A stretch of 47,802 nt of DNA from a virus (IMGVR_UViG_2541047899_000009); one strand, 5' to 3'. Positions 18,639 through 30,277 are shown, counted from the stretch's first letter. The notes: generated by a model not told the origin, from the letters alone. Numbers and translations are program-made.

Positions 18639-19225
18639 CGGGTCAGCCATAACCTCAGTTGTTGTTTCAGTGCATACCCCAGCTGTTTCGGCATTTCCGC
18701 AGCAATGATGTGGTCGCGGGCATCTTCAAATGCCTGTGTCAGCGGTCCGGACAGCGGGATTTTCACTACCTCCACAGGAAGACGATTTTTTCTTGGCCTG
18801 CCCTGATGGTCATGCCCTGTTGCAAAACGCGCTTCAGGAAGACGCCTCAGAACATGCCAGCGGCCATTCGCCAGTTGCTGAACAAATGCCCCCCGGAAAA
18901 AGTATTTTCCCACTCTCAGTCCTTCACCAGCACGCCGCCGTGTTGTGTTCAGTTTGATGGCGGGCAGATTGCCCCGGTTAACGCGGATCCTGGCCGTCAT
19001 TTTTCCTGACGGACTGGCTTTAAACACCCGGACACGCTGACGTACCAGTTTCAGGGGGATCCCTTTCACCTGGTTATCTCCCGCAACGGTATTCCCGGCA
19101 ACCTGCCGGGTGGCAACCGAGACCGCTTTCTGTGCCACACGGTTTATCGCCCATGCGCTGGCCTGTGGCACCATACGGGTATCAAGGCTGTTCAGATTGC
19201 GGATGGCATTCTCAAGCCCCTTCAT
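18635..19225 (-). CDS. Z: tail completion protein Z
   Basis: 196 aa in the lambda Z position between the head-completion gene and U; basic, Z-like. Confidence 0.75.
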   Translation of the reverse strand: MKGLENAIRNLNSLDTRMVPQASAWAINRVAQKAVSVATRQVAGNTVAGDNQVKGIPLKLVRQRVRVFKASPSGKMTARIRVNRGNLPAIKLNTTRRRAGEGLRVGKYFFRGAFVQQLANGRWHVLRRLPEARFATGHDHQGRPRKNRLPVEVVKIPLSGPLTQAFEDARDHIIAAEMPKQLGYALKQQLRLWLTR

Positions 19226-19236
19226 CCCACACCTCT

Positions 19237-19512
19237 TTACTCAATAAAGATCATTGGCTTACCGTTAAAGCGTTCATGCCGTGTGACCGTCCATTGTTGT
19301 CCGTCATAAACAACGCGATCCCCGCGCCGTGGGCGGTATCCCGAAGAAAACACCACCAGAGAGACCGCAGGTCCGGACAGAGCATTCAGCTCTGCCAGTG
19401 TTTCTCCCGGGATCACAGTCATATCGACATCATTAATCGAGGCTGTCTTTCCCATCTTTCTGACCGTGATCGCATCCATACGCGCTGCCAGCCGGGAAAA
19501 GGGATCAGACAT
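19237..19512 (-). CDS. head-tail connector / head completion protein (FII-like position)
   Basis: 91-aa ORF between the head genes and Z; assignment is by position and size only. Confidence 0.5.
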   Translation of the reverse strand: MSDPFSRLAARMDAITVRKMGKTASINDVDMTVIPGETLAELNALSGPAVSLVVFSSGYRPRRGDRVVYDGQQWTVTRHERFNGKPMIFIE

Positions 19513-19828
19513 TGAGTTTTACCGGCACTTCTTCTACACTGGTTCCGGCATCTGCCCAGACAACCCCGACCAGCGGATCAGAGCCGCTGTTAGTCAGCTG
19601 AACTTTTCCGGACTTCAGATAAACCTTCTTACCCGTTTTCATGTCATCCGTTTTCAGCTTAGGCAGCATAAACACACCTTCGGTCATGCCGTCGCCTGTT
19701 TCACCCTGTGGAATATCGGTCAGCGCCACCGCAAAAACATCACCCACCTGCACCAGCTCTCCGCTGCTGATGGCTGCACTGGCAACAATCGCCACCGTTT
19801 TTCCTTCTTCTACAAAATTCTTTGCCAT
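19505..19828 (-). CDS. DUF2190-like head-associated protein (possible decoration/stabilisation protein)
   Basis: 108 aa from the internal ATG (MAKNFVEEGKT...) preceded by GGAGA; immediately downstream of the capsid gene. Confidence 0.55.
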   Translation of the reverse strand: MAKNFVEEGKTVAIVASAAISSGELVQVGDVFAVALTDIPQGETGDGMTEGVFMLPKLKTDDMKTGKKVYLKSGKVQLTNSGSDPLVGVVWADAGTSVEEVPVKLNV

Positions 19829-19871
19829 AACTGTCTCCGCACAGCCCCGTTCAGGGGCTGATTTCAGGTAC

Positions 19872-19890
19872 AAAAAAAGCCCTTACGGGC
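19872..19890 (-). terminator. hairpin terminator downstream of the major capsid gene
   Basis: gcccttacgggc hairpin followed on the minus strand by T7 (plus-strand aaaaaaa). Confidence 0.55.
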
Positions 19891-19914
19891 CATCAGAGTT
19901 GTTGTCTGCGACGT

Positions 19915-21873
19915 TTACGCCGTACATTTCACCAGACCGCGGTGATCAACTGGCGCGACACCGGCGTCAATACGCACTTTCGTTGTCACGCCATCCACAC
20001 TGAAGCCCTCCATCTGATCAATATATGGCGTATCCACACCGTTGAGATAAGCCACTTCAATCGTATCGGAGCCTTTTGACGCAGCCAGGTAGAAGGTGGT
20101 CTGGCTGTTATCATCAAGACGAGGCTCTGCAATAACGGTCGCAAAATCTTTCACCGGGTTAATAATACCGGCGTTAATGTCAGCCCCCTTGACACTTGAG
20201 GAGCGAATGACCTGGTTAGCAACAGACTCCATCGCCGTCGGTACCAGTACGAACGCAGGACGAATATTCAGATGACGCTCCCCCTCTTTCTGAACGCGCA
20301 TCAACTGGCGGGCTTTATCCAGCGATGCCACGTCCATTGCAGCGCTCTCCAGTACGTTTGCATGTTTCGCTTTATCGAACAGACTTACATTATCTGTGGA
20401 GATTTTCGGGTTAGACGTCAGAATGGCATAAACCAGATCGGCAATAGTGGATTTCGCCGCACGGCCCAGTTTCATCGGGACATCGGTCAGCATATTCAGA
20501 TCATCATTGATAATGGCCTGACGGGTGATACTGAACAGCTCGCCATAGGTCGCCAGTGCAATAGTGGCCTGTTTATCTCCGGTGGTGACGTATTTATATT
20601 CCGCCCCTTCACGCACCTGACGCAGAGCACTGAAGCCCCCCATACCCACACGATGGGCAATTTTAAAATCAGACAACTGACCTTTCCGCGTCCATTGTTC
20701 ATAGGTTTCAGGAGCATCTTCCCAGCCCTGCAGAATGGCTTTGTTCGCAACATCCAGCAGAATATTACCGAAGTCAGACGTACTGTGGGTGAACGCCGCA
20801 CCGACCATCTGCATCGGGTTATAACCGGAAACCCCAATACCCCGTTCAGTCAGTGACATACGGGCATATTCACGCAGGGTCATCCCGTTGTAGACATTAT
20901 CACGTTCGGTTTTTTCAAATCCGGCACGCGCCATCAGCGCCTGGCGGATCCCGTCCCCCACAAAATTACCGTTACCAGCATAAATATGAGCCGGTGTATT
21001 TTTATTGGATGGCGTGGACTCGCGCCCCATCTCGTTCAACAGCTTTTCGCGGGCCTGCTCCAGCGAACACTCAGGATCGGCAAGACACTGAGCCTGCAGC
21101 GTCTGATAACGCCCGCCAAACATGGCAAACAGATCATTAATACCGTTTACACGCGCTTTTTGCTCTGCCAGTACCTGCGCACGGATACTGTTTTCATCCA
21201 CCACGGGTGCTGCTGCCTGCACTGGCGTCCGGGAGGCTGCAGGTTCATCATCCTGTACGCGTGGAGCACTGTTGCGTGGCGGAGTAATCATGTTTCGAAT
21301 GGATTCCGGCATCTTTTTAAATTCCTCTGTACGTTTTGACTGAATACATGCCATTGCCTTAACGGCTGGCGTCACCTGATCAGCAAATCCATGTGCCAGA
21401 CATTCGGCACCGGACATCCAGGTCTCATCCGCCAGCATGGCAGCAATTTCATCGGTGGTTTTCCCGGTTTTCTGTGCATAAGCGGGTAACAGAACCGCCT
21501 CAACCTTATCGAGCAGGTCGGCATAGGTGCGCATGTCCTCCGCATCACCGCCCGTAAAGCCAAATGGTTTATGAATCATCATGAAGGTGTTTTCCGGCAT
21601 AATGACCGGGTTTCCCACCATCGCAATGACCGACGCCATTGACGCCGCCACACCGTCGACATAAACGGTAATGGACGCACCATGTGTTTTCAGCGCATTA
21701 AAAATGGCGATGCCTTCAAAGACATCGCCACCCGGTGAATTGATATGGAGATTAATGTGGGTGATATCGCCCAGTGCATTCAGATCACTGATAAACTGCT
21801 TCGCTGTAACACCCCAGAAACCAATCTCGTCATAAATATAAATATCCGCGTCACTCTGGTGACCAGCCTGCAT
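19915..21873 (-). CDS. head maturation protease (ClpP/S49-like) fused to major capsid protein
   Basis: About 652 aa; N-terminal serine-protease motifs (INSPGGDVFEGIAIFNALK, DGVAASMASVIAMVG), a linker, then a long C-terminal capsid-like domain. Start taken at MQAGHQSD just after the portal stop. Confidence 0.8.
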   Translation of the reverse strand: MQAGHQSDADIYIYDEIGFWGVTAKQFISDLNALGDITHINLHINSPGGDVFEGIAIFNALKTHGASITVYVDGVAASMASVIAMVGNPVIMPENTFMMIHKPFGFTGGDAEDMRTYADLLDKVEAVLLPAYAQKTGKTTDEIAAMLADETWMSGAECLAHGFADQVTPAVKAMACIQSKRTEEFKKMPESIRNMITPPRNSAPRVQDDEPAASRTPVQAAAPVVDENSIRAQVLAEQKARVNGINDLFAMFGGRYQTLQAQCLADPECSLEQAREKLLNEMGRESTPSNKNTPAHIYAGNGNFVGDGIRQALMARAGFEKTERDNVYNGMTLREYARMSLTERGIGVSGYNPMQMVGAAFTHSTSDFGNILLDVANKAILQGWEDAPETYEQWTRKGQLSDFKIAHRVGMGGFSALRQVREGAEYKYVTTGDKQATIALATYGELFSITRQAIINDDLNMLTDVPMKLGRAAKSTIADLVYAILTSNPKISTDNVSLFDKAKHANVLESAAMDVASLDKARQLMRVQKEGERHLNIRPAFVLVPTAMESVANQVIRSSSVKGADINAGIINPVKDFATVIAEPRLDDNSQTTFYLAASKGSDTIEVAYLNGVDTPYIDQMEGFSVDGVTTKVRIDAGVAPVDHRGLVKCTA

Positions 21874-21886
21874 CCTGAACCAGGAA

Positions 21887-23395
21887 TTATTCTTCGGACT
21901 GGTCGTCGGTGTGCTGCGGCTCCTGTCGTTTCGTTGCGGCACTGCTGCCTCCTTTATCACTGGCCGGATCGGTATCAAATACCAGATCCAGCTTGCGGTT
22001 TTCATCAATTTCTGCCTTGCGCCGACGTTTGACATCATCCGGATTACGACCACCTGCACGTACCCAGTCTGATTCTGTCGCCGCTCCACCACGAATCTGA
22101 ATTTTCCAGGCCTCAGCCTCCTTAACAGGGTCAATCCACGGCATCACCGGTCCGGAATACACCGCGGTATACAGTGAAGAACGGTCAAGATCGCGGGGTA
22201 GCCTGATAACACCGGATGCCACAGCCTGTTTCAGCCAGGCACGATACATCGGGCGGGTGACGGCACCAATAAACCAGTCCTGCAGGATCAGGTAGCCATC
22301 AGTGGATTCAACCAGCTCCTGACGCTGGGCGCTGTAAGTGCCGTTATAGTTGCGCGCTGTACTGGAAAAACTCAGACGACTGCCCGCCGCCACGGCACGC
22401 AACTGACCATTACGAAAAGTTTCAAGGTTAGGATTGGGGCGATCCGACTTCACCATTCCGATTTCTTCGCCGGGTTTCAGATCGTCGTAAATAATGCCTG
22501 GCTGAATGGTAAGCTCGCGTTCATTCTCCTTGCTGTCATTACCATCCGTTTCATAGCTCTGTCCGTCGCCTTTGCGGATGTACATCCCCAGAGCAGCAGC
22601 GATCCTTGCTGCAGTCAGCTCAGAATCTTCATATTCTTTCAGGGCACTGAGGCGGATCAGCACACCGGACAATAAAGACGTCCCGCGCATCTGGTGCAGA
22701 CGGCGAACAAATTTAAGATGCAGCATTCGCTCTGCATCCACTTCTTTGGTTTCCATCTGCCGTCCGGATACAGGACGACTTTTATACACCAGATATTTTT
22801 CGGGACGCCCCCAGTCATCAACAAACACGCCCTGATTCAGCCTGTTGCTCTCATCACTGGTCATGGGAATAAAGTCCGGCTCGAGCGCCTCCAGCCAGAA
22901 ATGAACACCGGCAGAAGGCGTCAGGCTGTTTATGCGCCCGGAAACCATCTGGGCAAACACCTCACCATCGCGCAGCCAGGTACGCAGCATCAGACGTTCC
23001 AGCATCGGACGGGTAAACTGCCCGGTGACCTCCGGACTGACAGACCATTCACTCCATCGGGTACGTATCTCCGCTGCCAGATCACGGGCAATGGCCCCAT
23101 TGCGTAATACCGGATGTGGCTCGACAATAATCCCGTTTTTCCCCACCACCCGTTCTTCCAGCTTGTCAAATACACCAATGACCAGATCGTGGTTGTTATC
23201 AAGGTAACGAGCCTGCTCACGTAACGACACGGCCCCGTACTGGCTTAACTGGTCGGCAGTTCGGTTCTCCCGTCGGGCTTTGTGTGTCCGCGTCGTTTTT
23301 ACGGCCTCATAAGCCTGGATCACCGCACGGGAACGCAGCCTTGCCGCTTTCCATCCTGGTGAAAAAACGCCAATCACATCATCAAGAATTGCCAT
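21887..23395 (-). CDS. portal protein (lambda B-like)
   Basis: About 502 aa, acidic C-terminus; its ATG overlaps the W stop; sits between the terminase/W and protease-capsid genes. Confidence 0.85.
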   Translation of the reverse strand: MAILDDVIGVFSPGWKAARLRSRAVIQAYEAVKTTRTHKARRENRTADQLSQYGAVSLREQARYLDNNHDLVIGVFDKLEERVVGKNGIIVEPHPVLRNGAIARDLAAEIRTRWSEWSVSPEVTGQFTRPMLERLMLRTWLRDGEVFAQMVSGRINSLTPSAGVHFWLEALEPDFIPMTSDESNRLNQGVFVDDWGRPEKYLVYKSRPVSGRQMETKEVDAERMLHLKFVRRLHQMRGTSLLSGVLIRLSALKEYEDSELTAARIAAALGMYIRKGDGQSYETDGNDSKENERELTIQPGIIYDDLKPGEEIGMVKSDRPNPNLETFRNGQLRAVAAGSRLSFSSTARNYNGTYSAQRQELVESTDGYLILQDWFIGAVTRPMYRAWLKQAVASGVIRLPRDLDRSSLYTAVYSGPVMPWIDPVKEAEAWKIQIRGGAATESDWVRAGGRNPDDVKRRRKAEIDENRKLDLVFDTDPASDKGGSSAATKRQEPQHTDDQSEE

Positions 23396-23607
23396 CAGAA
23401 CCTCGCCAGCCGGTACCCGGGATGCCCCCGTCGTCGTGTAATCAGAGCCGCAAGGCGGCGCTCCCACTCCTGCCGCCCCTGCCGGATCTCAGATAAGTTT
23501 TCCATGGTCATCTGCTGACCATTAAAAGTGACGGATTTTCCGTCCAGCACCGCCATTTCAGCTTCCGTATAACGCTGAATCATGGCTTCAATATCATTCT
23601 GATTCAT
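23395..23607 (-). CDS. W: head-tail joining protein W
   Basis: About 70 aa; lambda W-like C-terminus (RRRGHPGYRLARF versus recalled lambda RRRGPAGFYV); GGAGG 6 nt upstream of the ATG at 23607. Confidence 0.8.
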   Translation of the reverse strand: MNQNDIEAMIQRYTEAEMAVLDGKSVTFNGQQMTMENLSEIRQGRQEWERRLAALITRRRGHPGYRLARF

Positions 23608-25706
23608 AACCATCCTCCGGAAGTCAGCCAGGGGTTAACATCGTCAGTTACTGTTTTCTTCCGTTTTTGTTTTTTAACAGGCGTGGGTACCGGTTCCGGT
23701 GAGGGTGACGGTTCGGTACTGTCCGGGACACACTCCAGCCAGGTTTCCCGGCTCGCCCACTCCGGTGCATCCGGCCAGCGGATCTTTTCGTATCCATGCA
23801 GAATGACCAGAGCCTCGGCATACACCATCAGGTCAAAAGCTTCGTTGGCACCGCGACCCGGCTTACTCCATTTCCCGTCACTGCTCCGCTCTTCATACGT
23901 CAGTTCGTCGTAAAACCAGCTCCCCAGCCAGTCAGGGAAATGCACATAGCCGGGACCTAGCGAGTCACGCCATAACGCGTTATTCACCCGGTCTTTCAGG
24001 GCATCCGTCTGAAGAAGCCAGAGCGGCACATCACCTGCGGCCTGCGCCCGTCGGCCCGTTCGTCCGGTGTTATCAGGGAATGTACGGGTGATCAGTTTTG
24101 CTCGCCGGATGCTGTCGCCCTTAAACAGGTAAATACGTTTACCAAGGCCATCACGACGGCAACGACGCCAGAATTTATAGGCATTATCAGTGACCCCGTC
24201 TTCACCGCCGGAGTCCACCGCCATTGCCATCAGTCGCATTTGTTGAGAAGGGTCGGAGGCCAGCGGCCAGCTTTTATGAAAAACATCCGTCAGCAGGACA
24301 TCCCAGTCTTCCGGATAGCTGGCCGGATCAATTCGCTGGCTCTCCCCGTCGCTGTCACCGCGCAATGACTGCGTGATGTTGTAACGATCAATAATCCAGC
24401 GTTCGCCACGGCTGCCATAGCCCGTTACCTGAACCACAAAACGGCGATGACGTCCCGCCTGCACATCCACTGTCGCCACAAGGAAATTAACGCCATCCGG
24501 CACACTGCGGGAAGGAACTGGCTCTGCCCGCTGCTCAAGCAATTCACTTTTTCGTTGCTCCATGCTGGCGCGGGGAAGATAAGGTAATCCCCAGTCGGTA
24601 TTGATAACCGTCTTGAGTGTCTCTTCACTTCCGGTTGTCTCGTATTCCTGTTCTGCAGTAAGCAGTTTGTAAACGAGTTGCGAGAGTGTCTGATAAGCAG
24701 CTGCCGGACCCTCCATCCAGAATGACGCAATACGTGAACGCCGGGGATCACCATAACGACTGCCATCTGCATTGATGGATTCACCATCCCGTAACCAGAC
24801 CCCACGTCCGTTCAGCTCGCGTTTTTGTTCAGGCAAAATCCGTCCTGAACAGGAAGGACACTGAATATAAGCCGCCTCACTTGCCAGCACAGGATCGGCA
24901 ATATCACGGAAACCAGCAACCACATCGCCGCAGGGCTGAAAATACTCACCACAGTGTGGACAGGGCCAGTACCAGCGACGGCGATCGCCACGGTTATAGA
25001 GCGACAGGATCCCCGTGGTTGGTGGAGCCTCATGCGGTGAAGTCCGTCGCCATTTCACATCCTTCACATCCCTGCCGGGGGAACTCTCCACCAGCGTCAT
25101 ACCACTGGACATAAATGTGGTGGTACGTTTTGAGGCAAGAGAGAAGGCATCCCCCTCACCATCAATATCTTCCGGAAAACGGTCATAATCCGTCAGCGCC
25201 ACGCATTTATAATCTGATGAAGACATGATATTGACTGACGGCCAGCCGATTTTCAGGTAGTTGCCAGCAAGGAATGTTCTGTCATAAACGTTGTTGTCAT
25301 TTTTGTTCGGACTCAGGCGACTGACCACTTCCGGGCTGACGCGAAACGTTCTGGCGAGTCGTTTTTTGGAGTGTTCGCGGGCTTTTTCCTCCGTCATCTG
25401 AATGATCAGCATATCAGCAGGATCGCAAATCACGTTGTAAATCACCCAGCCGTCAATCAGGCCGATAGTCTTGCCGGTTCGTGCCGGGCCAACAAATATC
25501 ACTGCGTCGTATTCACGCGAGGCCAGGCAGTTCATAGGCTCAATAACATACGGTGCCACCAGCGGATCCCATGGGACTGAGTTCCCTGCCCCCATGGGCA
25601 CCCGCATATACTGAGCAACGGCATCAGCAACCCGCATTCGTCTCGGTGCGCGAAGGATATAACCTGAATCGGTTCGTGCTGCCTTTGCGGTTTCCTGATT
25701 CAGCAT
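23604..25706 (-). CDS. terminase large subunit (lambda gpA family)
   Basis: 700 aa; Walker A-like VGPARTGKT, nuclease/zinc region (CPHCGEYFQPCG...CPSCSG); follows the small subunit gene with overlapping stop/start. Confidence 0.9.
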   Translation of the reverse strand: MLNQETAKAARTDSGYILRAPRRMRVADAVAQYMRVPMGAGNSVPWDPLVAPYVIEPMNCLASREYDAVIFVGPARTGKTIGLIDGWVIYNVICDPADMLIIQMTEEKAREHSKKRLARTFRVSPEVVSRLSPNKNDNNVYDRTFLAGNYLKIGWPSVNIMSSSDYKCVALTDYDRFPEDIDGEGDAFSLASKRTTTFMSSGMTLVESSPGRDVKDVKWRRTSPHEAPPTTGILSLYNRGDRRRWYWPCPHCGEYFQPCGDVVAGFRDIADPVLASEAAYIQCPSCSGRILPEQKRELNGRGVWLRDGESINADGSRYGDPRRSRIASFWMEGPAAAYQTLSQLVYKLLTAEQEYETTGSEETLKTVINTDWGLPYLPRASMEQRKSELLEQRAEPVPSRSVPDGVNFLVATVDVQAGRHRRFVVQVTGYGSRGERWIIDRYNITQSLRGDSDGESQRIDPASYPEDWDVLLTDVFHKSWPLASDPSQQMRLMAMAVDSGGEDGVTDNAYKFWRRCRRDGLGKRIYLFKGDSIRRAKLITRTFPDNTGRTGRRAQAAGDVPLWLLQTDALKDRVNNALWRDSLGPGYVHFPDWLGSWFYDELTYEERSSDGKWSKPGRGANEAFDLMVYAEALVILHGYEKIRWPDAPEWASRETWLECVPDSTEPSPSPEPVPTPVKKQKRKKTVTDDVNPWLTSGGWL

Positions 25707-26200
25707 TACTCCTCCTGCTGTAATTCCTCCTCATCATCCGCACCTGCTTCAGTCACCCGCAGGGCTACCTGATCGCGCAGATCATCAATAATGGACTGAA
25801 CACGGCTCACAGCGGCAGGCTGCAGACCGCAGTCACGTTCAAGAATATCCGGTAATGTCTCCAGCACCTGCACGACCGCTTTTGCCCAGATGGCAAACTC
25901 CCGTCTGACATCACTGGCCGGAATGAGTTGTGCCGTTTCCTGTTCGAACTTAAGACGCTCACGTTCAGACTGATACCAGGCTTTGCGCTCATGTGCGTCC
26001 ATTTCGCCTTCTGCAACCGGCGGTGGTAATGCCAGAAATGCCGACACAATATCAACCACCCGATAAAGCTTGAGGTTGCTTTCATGCCCCCCTGCAACGG
26101 GTAGATTTTGCAGCCTTGCCGCAGCAGTCTGGCGATGTACACCTGACAGTGCCGCCAATTGACTGATATTCAGCGTCAGATTTTTTAACTCTCGATCCAT
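25706..26200 (-). CDS. terminase small subunit (Nu1-like, HTH DNA-binding)
   Basis: 164 aa with N-terminal HTH (LNISQLAALSGVHRQTAAARL) and acidic C-terminus; directly upstream of the large terminase gene. Confidence 0.8.
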   Translation of the reverse strand: MDRELKNLTLNISQLAALSGVHRQTAAARLQNLPVAGGHESNLKLYRVVDIVSAFLALPPPVAEGEMDAHERKAWYQSERERLKFEQETAQLIPASDVRREFAIWAKAVVQVLETLPDILERDCGLQPAAVSRVQSIIDDLRDQVALRVTEAGADDEEELQQEE

Positions 26201-26339
26201 ACCCGCTCCAGAATGTTTTAAACATGCATCTTGCGAACGACTTTAGGCAAACGGTGTTAGTGATGAACAAAAAACAATCAAAATCGACACCACAAAAATA
26301 AAAATACTGTAATATCAATCTATTACAGTAGTGGTGATG

Positions 26340-26450
26340 ACGGATGAAATTTCAAAAACTAGCCTTTTTCCGCGACGCTCCCGCCCCGTGGCAGGGGCCC
26401 CCACCGGGAGGACCCGACAGCCTGACAGCCTGACAGCCGTGATGAGCATC
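26340..26450. other. candidate cos region (cosN/cosB)
   Basis: GC-rich segment (cgcgacgctcccgccccgtggcaggggcccccaccgggagg) and three tandem gacagcct octamers located 150-250 bp upstream of the small terminase start, as in lambda. Confidence 0.35.
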
Positions 26451-26762
26451 TGATACAGCGCTTTACATAATGGCATAGGAATAATTCAGAAGGACATCAC
26501 AGCATGCCCACACAAATTAGTGTGAGTGTCCTGTTTCTTCCTACGCACAGGACTGACGAGCATGAGGGGAAAATATGCGAACCATAAATGCCTCATCTTC
26601 AGCAATGCAACCGGCATCCGAACAGGACGATATTGTAAATTCACCTAATTACGAGGACATTGCAGTAGTTGAATTGCAGCTCTGTATTAGCCTGACAGTG
26701 ACAGAATGCGATATTGACTCTGTCACAGGTGAAATAGTTTGAATGATTAGCAGTTATGGTGC

Positions 26763-26969
26763 TCAGTCAACCACCAGGGAATAATCCTTCGAATTCTTAT
26801 CGTGCTTCACCAACGCTGCCTCAATTGCCCTGAATGCTTCCAGAGACACCTGATGTTCTATACATGCAATTACAACATCCGGGTAACTCATAGAAATGGT
26901 GCTATTAAGCATATTTTTTACACGAATCAGATCCAACGAGAGTTCATCAGCAGATTGTTCTTTATTCAT
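26763..26969 (-). CDS. hypothetical moron protein
   Basis: 68-aa ORF in the moron region between the terminase and lysis modules; no motif recognised. Confidence 0.4.
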   Translation of the reverse strand: MNKEQSADELSLDLIRVKNMLNSTISMSYPDVVIACIEHQVSLEAFRAIEAALVKHDKNSKDYSLVVD

Positions 26970-27254
26970 TTTGTCGCTCCATGCGTTTGCTCGTCATCTA
27001 GCGGTTAAAATATTACTTCAAATCTTACTGCATAAAAGAGGAAAAGTATGAAAGTTTGAGTACATCGACCTTACATACATCTGTCGGTTGCATATCCCTC
27101 CTGGATGCCAGCAAGGCTCAATTTTGTTACGCAATCAACACTATTCATCAAAAACAGGCTTAATATTTGACATAAATCATCAACAAAACACAAAGAGGTC
27201 AGACCAGATTAAAACAATAAACACGATAATGCTAACTACGCGCCATCGTATCAC

Positions 27255-27680
27255 ATGGAAGGTTTACCAATGGCTCAGGCTGCCATTTTTAAAGAAATAT
27301 TCGATCAAGTGCGTAAAGATTTAAACTGTAAATTATTTTATTCTGAGCTAAAACGTCACAATGTCTCACTTTATATTTACTATTTAGCCACAGATAATAT
27401 TCACATTGTGTTAGAAAACGACAACATAGTGTTAGTAAAAGGACTCAAAAAGGTTGTAAATGTTAAATTCTCCAGAAACAAACATCTTATAGAGACCTCC
27501 TATAATAAGCTGAAATCAAAAGAAATCACATTTCAACAATACAGGGAAAATCTTGCTAAAGCAGGAGTTTTCCGATGGGTTACAAATATCCAGGAACACC
27601 AAAGATATTACTATGCCTTTGATAACTCATTACTATTTACTGAAAGCATCCAGAAAACTACACAGATCTTACCACGCTAA
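27255..27680 (+). CDS. ydfO: YdfO-like (DUF1398) prophage protein
   Basis: 141-aa ORF starting at an ATG; recalled as YdfO-like and sits near gnsB/cspI as in Qin. Confidence 0.6.
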   Translation: MEGLPMAQAAIFKEIFDQVRKDLNCKLFYSELKRHNVSLYIYYLATDNIHIVLENDNIVLVKGLKKVVNVKFSRNKHLIETSYNKLKSKEITFQQYRENLAKAGVFRWVTNIQEHQRYYYAFDNSLLFTESIQKTTQILPR

Positions 27681-27831
27681 ACCATAACGTCCGGCTTCTC
27701 TCACTCCTGAGCCGGACTGCATTGGTTTAATAAAAACCATCAACAATTGTGATTTAGATATTCGGAACCATTCAAATATAACAAAACCCCGTAAAAACGA
27801 GGTTTATGGATAAATTTTATTATTGAATACA

Positions 27832-28005
27832 TCAGATTAAATTAATCTTGACATCATAGCTTTCAAGACCCGTCATTTTTTCCCGTGCGGTAAACTGAAT
27901 ACTGGTAACTTCTTTCCCGGTCTTTTTCTTAAGTTCAATAATTTTTTTTGTTATATATTCAGAAATATCTGCTTCTGCTTTTGTTTTTAAGTTTTCAATA
28001 TTCAT
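27832..28005 (-). CDS. gnsB: GnsB-like small protein (Gns family)
   Basis: 57-aa ORF absent from the track (below cutoff): MNIENLKTKAEADISEYITKKIIELKKKTGKEVTSIQFTAREKMTGLESYDVKINLI; AAGAGGA RBS upstream. Confidence 0.65.
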   Translation of the reverse strand: MNIENLKTKAEADISEYITKKIIELKKKTGKEVTSIQFTAREKMTGLESYDVKINLI

Positions 28006-28176
28006 CATTTCCTCTTTTAGTCTGTTATGACTTTCCAGTTACACAGTAAGTCGATTATATGGTGCAAACGTGTAAAAGATAAGATGAAACATCGCAATAA
28101 TCAACATACGATAGTCTAAATTTTACACAAACAGACAAAGAGAATTTTCCTGAATTATCAATACAATAGCATCAAA

Positions 28177-28407
28177 TCAACTCAAGAGCCTTATTGCTGC
28201 TTCCAGAATTTCTTCTGAAGTAACATGTCGATCCGCGGCTACATAAATGACTTTATGATCTCCGGTCAGAGATGGAAACCCTGCGGCCATTACAGTAAGG
28301 TGTGTTTTTTCGCCATTTGGATATTCACGCATGATGGTGTTAACTCCAGTCATCGCTGGCACTACCACTGCTGGTTCAGAGTTAAAAAAAACTATGATTT
28401 TTTTCAT
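28177..28407 (-). CDS. hypothetical small protein
   Basis: About 76 aa from the internal Met (MKKIIVFFNSEPAVVV...); no motif recognised. Confidence 0.4.
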   Translation of the reverse strand: MKKIIVFFNSEPAVVVPAMTGVNTIMREYPNGEKTHLTVMAAGFPSLTGDHKVIYVAADRHVTSEEILEAAIRLLS

Positions 28408-28678
28408 GATGTTACCGTAGTATGTGAGTATCCATCGAATAGATACCAAGCAAAAAAGCTCCCGAAGGAGCCTTCATTTTCACTTTTTTAAATCCAACGA
28501 CAGACGGCTGGCATTTAAGTATTGTGAAATATTATCAAATGTAATCATCATTGATTTACAAAAGATACATTTTGCCCCGAAAGGATTCATGTCAGAAACA
28601 TCAAAAGATGATGTTCTATACTGGGAACCATGACAACACGGGCATCTAAAGTGAATATGGTTTGTAATATTGTCTACC

Positions 28679-28891
28679 TCAAAGCGCCACTACATGAACA
28701 GCGGCAGGACCTTTAGGTCCGTTCTCAATACCAAATTCAACTTCCTGATTCTCAGTTAATGTTTTGAAATCGTTGCTCTGAATTGCTGAGAAATGGACAA
28801 ACACATCTTTGCTGCCATCTTTCGGCGTGATGAAACCAAAACCTTTTTCAGGGTTAAACCATTTCACTAAACCAGTCATTTTGTTAGACAT
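28679..28891 (-). CDS. cspI: cold-shock protein (CspA family)
   Basis: 70 aa; RNP1/RNP2 motifs (KGFGFI, VFVHF); C-terminus ...PAAVHVVAL matches recalled CspI. Confidence 0.85.
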   Translation of the reverse strand: MSNKMTGLVKWFNPEKGFGFITPKDGSKDVFVHFSAIQSNDFKTLTENQEVEFGIENGPKGPAAVHVVAL

Positions 28892-29253
28892 AATTATTAC
28901 CTTTTGAAGAAATTAGCCCTTGGGCAGAATGGTCCGAAAAAAAATATCAGAGAGAAAAACCAACAAGGAAATCTCAAGAGGTACAAATAATAAAATTATA
29001 ACAATGACTGCTTCAGATAAATTTGTAACAAACCAGAACACCATTAACGCATGATTAACCACCCATAGCAAGGATTACTTTTGTAAAGAAAAACACAGCA
29101 ATGAAAGAATAGCTTTATTTATTAATAAAACGTGTCATTCTGATTAAGACCTTTTATCTTACCCTTAAGATTTCAGGAATTTTGGCTCATGGAAGAGTCC
29201 TTTTTATTTAAATTTTACATTCCGCGATGTAAATGTTCCGATTTAATATTACC

Positions 29254-30277
<1,024 letters not shown>

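Noticed and set aside
25807-26318. ORFs 25807..26142 and 26082..26318 overlapping the small terminase gene
   Set aside because: Same-locus alternative frames without RBS; the Nu1-like frame has an HTH and proper coupling to the large terminase.
26390-26445. Short tandem repeat cctgacagcctgacagcc considered as a possible CRISPR or VNTR
   Set aside because: Only three 8-bp units with no spacers; more plausibly part of the cos/terminase-binding region.
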